Source of the DNA: Trichoplax adhaerens
Lineage: Eukaryota; Animalia; Placozoa
Reading direction: 5' to 3'
DNA: 64,000 bases
Assembly (NCBI RefSeq): GCF_000150275.1
Contig: NW_002060944.1
Coordinates: 1,945,815 to 2,009,814, forward strand
Positions within the stretch are counted from its first letter, which is position 1; each line of letters begins with the position of its first letter. The position numbers and the translations under genes are program-made. This document shows, in pieces, positions 56,215 to 64,000 of this stretch. Under the pieces are notes generated by a model. The model had not been told where the DNA came from and searched no databases. It saw only the letters and a list, made by a program, of their open reading frames with translations.

Positions 56215-58865
56215 CTATGTTCTCGAATAGTTTATTTGAAGAGCGGTCTTCGGAGATTTATTAATTTTCGGTAGTTTACTGTCATGTGCCACCTGAAAAT
56301 GTTTAAATTAGAATTACAGCAATACTCTTAAAATTCTTCAAATACTCTACAACGAAATATCACATCTACCATTATCACGTAGCATCCACTCATTAACATA
56401 CAATATTTACTACACGCTACCACTCAAGGATGTTTAATTTTATACGGTATAATACTGAGTATCACATCATATCAATATTAGATGCTGTAATTAAATGTAT
56501 CAGTGAAAGTTCATCTTAGTTATAGCATATCCTACAGAAATATTATAAAATACGTTTAAATATGGCATGTAAAAGACTTATTTCAAATTTTTCCCTAATG
56601 AAATATCACTGAATATAGCCTCCGTACGTTCCTCAATACCAATTTAGAACTTACATTTTCCAGTGCATGTGAGTACTTTTCGCGATTAAAAATTATCTTA
56701 GCGACCTCGGCATTAATGTTTGCCTTGTATTTGGGGCGCGGCACGATTCCCAAGTCCCCAGTTCGATAATGGTTAGTACTTTTAATTTTCTTTTCCGGCG
56801 AGGGTAGGGCAAATATATTTCTAAAATATCAATTGTTAATAATAACACAAGATAAAATTAGAAAGTAGGTGTGAATAGGATACCAGCACAAGCTCTGTAT
56901 CTTTAATCTTGTAAATATGGTAAGTCATATGCAGTCGCAAATATTTAAATTCCCTTAAGTTACCTGTCCTCGCTTGAAGGAATATTGGCATATTGATTGC
57001 TAATATTAAAATCAGTCGTAGAACCTAATTCTATCGGATGTAAACCAACCCCTTCTTCAGCAGCGTGATTTAATAATCTCAGTAAAATCCCTACAAGACT
57101 ATTATCGTTTATCCATGGATGAGAAGAAGTCTGCTTCTCCGTCTTCATATCTACACTGTTTAGTAGGCTTCCCTATCGCATGCAACAATTAAAGGTTTTA
57201 ATAATAGTATCATATACTTTTTGAATAAGCTAGATACAACAATAAAGCTAATTATTAGCTGTCGTACAGATAATGATGACTTAAGGGATTTTGTAGCTTC
57301 ATTGATTATGTTGATTAGTCTTTGTTTATCTCTTTTGAGATCCTCAATAGTTTTTCGCATTTGGCTACTATTTCTTTCAGCTTCTACAGCTTCATGATGA
57401 TTCTCCTAGAAGCAATAATAAGATAGATTTTCTAGTAAAAATTCTCCATTGTTAATATTTGTCTTAGAATATACGAAAATGCTGGCGCTGCAAACGCTGA
57501 TCTTTTACTACGCCCTTTTAATCATAAATTAATCCTTATAAGGTATGCGATATTCACAATTTACAATCAAATCCCTTACATCGAATTTTGCCTGGTACTC
57601 CTGTAAGGCTTTCTGTAAGTCATTAATTTTTTTTCCTTGCTCTTCAAATGTTTGTTCTCTCGCTTCATATTCTGCTATAAGTACATCTTGACTTTTTGCT
57701 TTCTCAGCCAACATGCGAATGACCTAGATCGGTAATTGAGTTGATAGCTATCAATGACTAGAATTATACTGATGGATAGGCGAGTTAAAATCTTAATTTC
57801 TAAGTGTGAATTAGTCAAAATTTTTGGATCCTCCTATCCATAGCGATATTAGCTCTCGAAAACATAGAAATACCTAATAAGGTAACTATATAAATAACCT
57901 TTTGATTACTAATATTCTTTCTCGCTAATTCCTTTTCGTTTCCTTCCAAGAGCTCAATTTGTTGATGATGCTTTTTCTCTTTAATTCGCAACATATCATT
58001 TTCCTGGATTAATTCCATAGTTTTATCAGACATTTTTCCAAGCTGAGCATTAATAGATACATTTTCTCGAATAGTCCTCTTAGTAGTATCCGCCATCTGT
58101 TTGTTGGAGACTTTGCGAAATTCGGCTGCAACAGTATTTACTCGTTGAACCATTTCTCTCTTGAGTCTAATTTCGTATGATAGAAATTTAAATATCAAAC
58201 TCAGTAATTGTCTAACAAGGTTATTCAGTTTATCAAATATTATATCACTAGTATCATATTGGGTAATATATCTTTTACCTGTCTTTATCCACAACTGCTT
58301 TTTTTTCTAAGTTATATATTGCATCCTTGTGCTCAACTTGTTGTTGTTGTAGCTTAATCTCCATTTCTGCAAACTTCTCTAATAGTTCTTCTTTTTGCTG
58401 CTTAAATTCCTCTAGCGAAGCCAACTTTCCGCTCAAAATCATATTTTCTGAAGTTAGTTGTTCCTTTGTTTCGACAATTTCTTGTCTGAGAGCTGTAATC
58501 TGAGTTTCGTATGTCTCTTTCTCTGCTTCTCTTGTTTGCTGTAAACCTAAAAGTCTATCCTGAAGGTCTGCGATTTCTTCTACCTTGTGATCGAGTTGTC
58601 GGCGTAAAAACGCCGTTATCTCTGAATTTTCATGGTGTAACTGCTCTCTTTCACTTTCGTACTTCTTGTTAGAAATTTCAAGCTCATCGCACTTATTTTG
58701 ATATCGCATTAAGCGTGCTTCAAGATCCCGTACTTGAATTAGGAAGTACTCTTTTGATAGTTCCGTGAACGTTTCATTGTCGATTCCTATCAACTTTTTA
58801 AGTGTCTTCTTAGCATGCCCTTTTTTGACATCCTTCTTTTTCGTTCTTCTTTTCTTAGGAGGCAT
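56215..58865 (-). CDS. CFAP157: Cilia- and flagella-associated protein 157
   Basis: MPPKK start, EYFLIQVRDLEARLMRYQ, EITAFLRRQL, QLTSENMILSGKLASLEEF, IYNLEKKAVVDKDRLKREMVQRVN, TTKRTIREN and late YRTGDLGIVPRP. The last exon 56292-56215 is tentative. Confidence 0.9.
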
Positions 58866-59148
58866 ATCTTGAATGTGAATATATTTAATTTTCAGATCTA
58901 AATTGATTAATTTGTTTCATTATCGCATATGCAATCGTTCCTGGTACAAATTTTATAAGTTCGATAAATAAATATAAAACTTTATCATGCAATTTATCAT
59001 TTACGTGTACTAATGAGTGAGAATAACAACATAAAAGTGTTTAGCTTGAAGCTGTACAGTAGCCGGACCAGATTTATAGCAAAAACACTGCTGTACTGTA
59101 TTGTACATTAGTGATTGGCGTCATATTATAATACATTGTATATTTTCC

Positions 59149-59162
59149 GTTGTCATGGCAAT
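59149..59162. promoter_or_regulatory. Candidate RFX X-box in the CFAP157/Chibby bidirectional promoter
   Basis: GTTGTCATGGCAAT, 2 mismatches from the palindromic GTTGCCATGGCAAC, between two ciliary genes. A reverse CCAAT lies at 59114-59118 and pentamer arrays flank it. Confidence 0.55.
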
Positions 59163-59703
59163 GCTATATCTTACGACAAAATGAAATAAAAAAGTGCAGT
59201 ACTGTACAGTATATAGTTGTACAGTAGGGCGTACAGTATACAATTACTGAATTACAGCCCTTGATGTACAGTACAGTAATAGGGACGGGCCTAATGCACA
59301 GGCTTCTACAGTACAATTAGTAGTACAAACGGAAACCGTCGTCGCAAATTATCGATTTCATTGTCTAGTACTATGTTCAAACAGGAGGAAGAAACCTATG
59401 GTTTACCTACAGTGCAAGAATCTTCGAAATAACTATGAATTCTTGCGGTTGGTTTCCACACCTGCACCGCATGCATGTCTTTCGATAATGCGGTACTGTA
59501 TAGTGTGGAGTACTGCGCAGCTTACGTTATCGTACAGTATTGCATTTAGTTTTACGGTGTACTGTACTGTACTGTACTGTACTGTACAGTACAATAAAGT
59601 ACAAAGTGTATAATTATAAATATTATAATATTATAATACTGTACAGTACAGTATATGATTCATAAGTAATTTTGAGTTTATCTGAGGAGATTCCTTTCGC
59701 GAT

Positions 59704-60832
59704 ATGCCCCTGTTCAGCAGGAATGGACTTGGTGGCTTAATATCTCAAAAAAAGCCTCGACAAGGACAACAGAACGTAGCCACTCCCCAGCCTAATAACT
59801 TAGACCCTGTTAGCTTAGAAAATGGCGCAATAAAAGTGAAATTAGGCCACAACGTCTTGTGTTATGAGGACGGTTTGTGGACATCAGGTTTGTGCAAGAT
59901 TGCAAAGAAGTAATTGCAGTAGGTTGAAATCTTAAAAGTAATTATTCAGCATATTAGCTTTTAGTATTTAGAATAGGGTTATTATTAGTGTAATGATAGT
60001 TATTTTAAACGCGGTACTACTAATGCGTTAGAAAGACGTCGTATTAAATTTGATATCTTATGCGCTTCACTAGAAATCTCCCGCATCAGTTTCTCATAAA
60101 TTACTTAAAGAGAAATTATTGTTTGATTTCCTACTGTTAGTAAATTACCTAGCAGATATTAAGATCATGATATTATCATAAAAGTAAATAGAATCATTCT
60201 TACAGTAGTTCTGTATCCACTAGTACACTTCGTACATGACTTGTAGGAAAGACTTGAAGACTCTTACCAAAGTAATTTTATACATTAGAAAACTGTTAAG
60301 TTGTTTTATTAAAGATGTTTTAACTGTATCAATTTTAAAAAAGTGAAACGATTAAGTGCATGACTAATATACGGGTATATATATATGCGTATATACACGT
60401 ATATTATTATTTTTGTAGAGGTAGGGGGAAGTTCCGGAAATACATTGAAAGAAATTACGAGAATAAAAAAGCATAACATTCAGCTAGCCGAAGAAAACAA
60501 TTTACTGAAATACAAAATTAACGTTTTATTAGATATGGTAAGATTTTGCCTTCACCCGCACATGATACTACAAATGTGCATTCTCCTATCGTATCCTTCG
60601 TAGCTGATAATTGCAGTAGTATCATGTATCAGTACTGTAATGATATCTAATTACTCAACCTGTTACAAGAAGTCCTTTAAAATGCTATTAATTCTCGCTA
60701 GTTTACCTACTAAAAAATGTAATATTTTACATCTGGATCTACTTTTAGCTTGCTGTCAGTAATGCGGACTACGTACTGAAGGATAACGAACTCGAATATC
60801 AGAGAAAACACAAACAATCATGCGATAAATAA
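59704..60832 (+). CDS. CBY1: Chibby family protein (basal-body protein, beta-catenin antagonist)
   Basis: Exons 59704-59888, 60419-60537 and 60749-60832. MPLF start, KLG..L.YEDGLW, and coiled coil QLAEENNLLKYKINVLLDML. Confidence 0.9.
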
Positions 60833-62318
60833 TCAAAGTATCGATATTATGATGCTAATAATATTATAACTAAATTCACTATTAGCAACTTAAGATGTTT
60901 ATTTATACTGCATCTGATCATTTTATCACATATAAAGTATGTTACCAAAGTATTACTTACTGATTGAAGCTCTGGGTAGTGAGCCACCTATTATAGCATA
61001 TAGACTTAACACTAAACTTTTGCAAACCGGAGAAAACTAAGGGCATGATTATGATTTGTAGATTATTTTTCCAATATTCATTTTCCTCAGTATCTGTCTT
61101 ACACTATTGCTGTAACGCTTTCCAGAAGAATCGATTTAACGATAAATTTTAATCAAGTGTTACACCAAGGATTGCAACATGCGTGTTAAAAAGTCATGAC
61201 AATTTATTTTATTGCAAATTATTAATTAAAATTACGTAAATCCGTCAGGACGTACCAGCGGTCTCCTTTCTTCAACTTATCTGCTTCTGTGATAAAGTGA
61301 TCTTCAAGCAATAAATCAAGAACCACAGTTTCTTGTAAACTTCACTTTATTACATAAGTTAGGTTCGTCTAACTTCTATGCAGCTTCATATATTGTACCG
61401 TACGTACGCGTATATACAGTATATTGGAGTAGTAAGTTCAGGATTTCACGATCAATAGCAATAAAACCCTAAGAGTTACCCAACAGATCTAACAAACGAC
61501 ATAATTAAGGTAATATATAGTACAGTATTGCTCATCATCGAATGAAATAGATTTCTTAAAATGTATGACTTATGAATGCTATGTGAGTTCACCTGGTTGT
61601 TACTTTATGCACGCAGTATTATTAACGACATTTATATGAAGTCATGCTAATCTTAAATCATAACAGTACTTAATAAGAAGGTAATCGACCGAAGATCGAT
61701 TAAAATATCGCGTACTGTAATCACAAATTTGATCGAATAAAGTATAGCGTGTAAAGATCGTTTAATTCTCATGTACGCGTTCGTACAAAGCGAGCCCATT
61801 CTTTAGAACGATTCGGCTACGATGACACTAATAAAGTACTTCATCTGCTTTGCACTTAGAACTACTATGGCATTCGCGGTAGCTAATATCGGTGAGTAAC
61901 CTTCAGTAGTTTAAAATAATAACGTAAGCTTATATATCAAAGTAAATTCATTAATTTTTATTTGCATAGAATACAGGATACCTTACAAATATCGTATAGT
62001 AGTGATATTGCTTCGTAGTATGCTAATTTACTTACTATCGATATTTTGGACACTTTCAGCATAATATGCTAAAATTTGTTACAAATAAATTAGTATATAA
62101 AAGTAAAAATGCATAGTTGCCTGTGTTGTACCAGTAAATTTTACAAATAAAATGGTAGAAAGTTTCAATAAACTGAAGCTAAGGTACGCCATCGGGTATT
62201 TTAAATATGCTATTCTGAAAAAGGGTATGAAGGTATTATAAACATAGTAGCTCTACAGATCGACAACAACAACAAATCATTCCGTAGATAACTTACGATT
62301 TTCGTATCTCAAGTGATC

Positions 62319-62600
62319 TTAATAATGTCTATGTCTGTCATAGCTTCTAGATCTGGATCTAGTTCTTTTACGAGATCGTTGTTTGTCCTTATTATGAGAA
62401 GAGTGTTTTTTATCCCTGGAACTGTGATAAGTACGGAATTCACCGGAACTTCTGGATCTCGATCGGCGTCTAACGGACGTAAATTATAATTAGATCATGC
62501 TACAGTATATTAACTAACGGTATTAAAACTTTTAACAATGTCTTTATAAAGTTACCTTCTACTGTCTCGGTCGAGCGCATCGTCGCGATTTTGGTAGCGG
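62319..62600 (-). CDS. Last two exons of an RS-rich protein; 5' part lost at or beyond the gap
   Basis: Exons 62600-62556 and 62469-62319 splice in phase 2: RYQNRDDALDRDSRRRRSRSRSSGE...RSRKRTRSRSRSYDRHRHY*. Confidence 0.6.
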
Positions 62601-62731
62601 CTACAAGGATGAGATACAGTAATAATTAATCAAAATGTTACTGCTATCTCANATTTAATCGCTCATTATACATTTACTTCTAAAATATATCTACTGAGAC
62701 TAATAAATAAGCTATTCCTAGTGCTACCGAT

Positions 62732-62781
62732 NNNNNNNNNNNNNNNNNNNNNNNNNNNNNNNNNNNNNNNNNNNNNNNNNN
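62732..62781. other. Assembly gap (50 N)
   Basis: Run of N; a single N also occurs at 62652. Confidence 1.
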
Positions 62782-64000
62782 GTAATATAATGCCTAGTGA
62801 TCTGATCAATTTGGAAATGGAAATGTTAAACTCCGATACAGTACACCAAAGGTAATTCAGATTCCCTAAAAATTAGGAAGTAGGAGTATCCCTACAGTGG
62901 ATCACCAGCCGATAACTGATTGTAGTAGCTTATGAATTATATAGTTAAAATTTTTAGTTTTGGCTAGCATAAATTGCATTACTATGAATAACAATATTTC
63001 ATTGCAGCCAGGATGGGACACCGTTAGCAATATCATTGTTACAGGCCTGATTACAGTACGATGTCAGGTATAAATAATGTAATGATTATACCATTAAAAA
63101 CGCTCAGACTGAAAATCATATATCTGCATAATATATACCTATCACATTTTACTGTACCTTAACAGCAACATAAAACAAACATAAAATATAGCATGGATGT
63201 ATTCGTTTTATCTCATAATAATACTACAGTATGCTACAATGCATAACGCTGTAAATAAATGGTAGCAGTTGGTCTTCTAATGGAACTATTCAAATCCTAT
63301 GTGAAAAGGACAGTACCTTATTCATACATGCGATTTGATAAAGTAAAATGTGACAGTATATAATTTTCTTTTCTTAATACTGATTAATTACAGGAGAGAA
63401 TTGTCAAAGTATCTCATCATCAGATTTTTAAAATATTCCTTGACTGTCAAACGTCAAATTTGATCTCGATTTACAGTTAATGATTTTATTGTACCTTGTG
63501 CACTGACTATAGTTATCTCTAATTTCAAAAGGATATTTACTGAGAGAATAAGCATTTTGTATAATACTATTTTACTCTAGTTAAATTTAAGATTTGTGGT
63601 ATTCGTAGATAGCGTTGCTGTATCAGCTGGCGTAGCAATAGCTCTCGAAAGGGGATTTGCCTAACCTGTTTTAATTTAATCTCTAGAGCTATTTTCTGGA
63701 TAGAAATATTCTCCATCACAATGTTATGGATATTCCTGAATAAAGTTTAGAATGATAGCCAACGTTTAGTAGATACTAGAAATGCATCCGTATTCTATCG
63801 CTCGTCTAATGATCAGCTGCAGTACTGTACAGTATTGCCTAAAGTAAAAAGAAATGAATAAAAAAGGACTATAAAGCAGGATTATGGCTATACTGTATTG
63901 TGGGCACATCTGATCACGGTCTAGAACCAAACTGAGTACTGTACTGTACTGTACAGTATTACCTCGCCACACCCGAGAACCTGTAATTTACAGTACACAG

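Overview
AT-rich, intron-dense animal genomic DNA. The short introns, compact genes and pervasive ACAGT/ACTGT pentamer arrays suggest a placozoan such as Trichoplax (inference). Most entries in the ORF track are exon fragments or repeat artefacts, so I spliced the genes by hand. Eleven near-complete genes were reconstructed, in order: PLXDC-like receptor (+), C1orf21-like (+), FKRP (-), DNLZ (-), UBE2S (+), TAB1 (-), RAB14 (+), BRO1/BROX-like (-), EHBP1-like (+), CFAP157 (-) and Chibby (+). The 3' end of an RS-rich gene sits next to an assembly gap. From DNLZ onward the genes form four consecutive head-to-head pairs whose shared upstream regions are packed with pentamer arrays. Mobile DNA comprises a Helitron remnant, several Helitron-like 3' ends, a 1.4 kb TIR element and small fold-backs. 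The best candidates for new biology are (1) a BROX-like BRO1 protein that appears to splice in frame to a Cys-rich transmembrane tail with an acidic dileucine signal, (2) a PLXDC receptor with added FN3-like and C-type lectin domains and two GC-AG introns, and (3) pentamer arrays that mark promoters. Homology calls rest on recalled motifs, not database searches.
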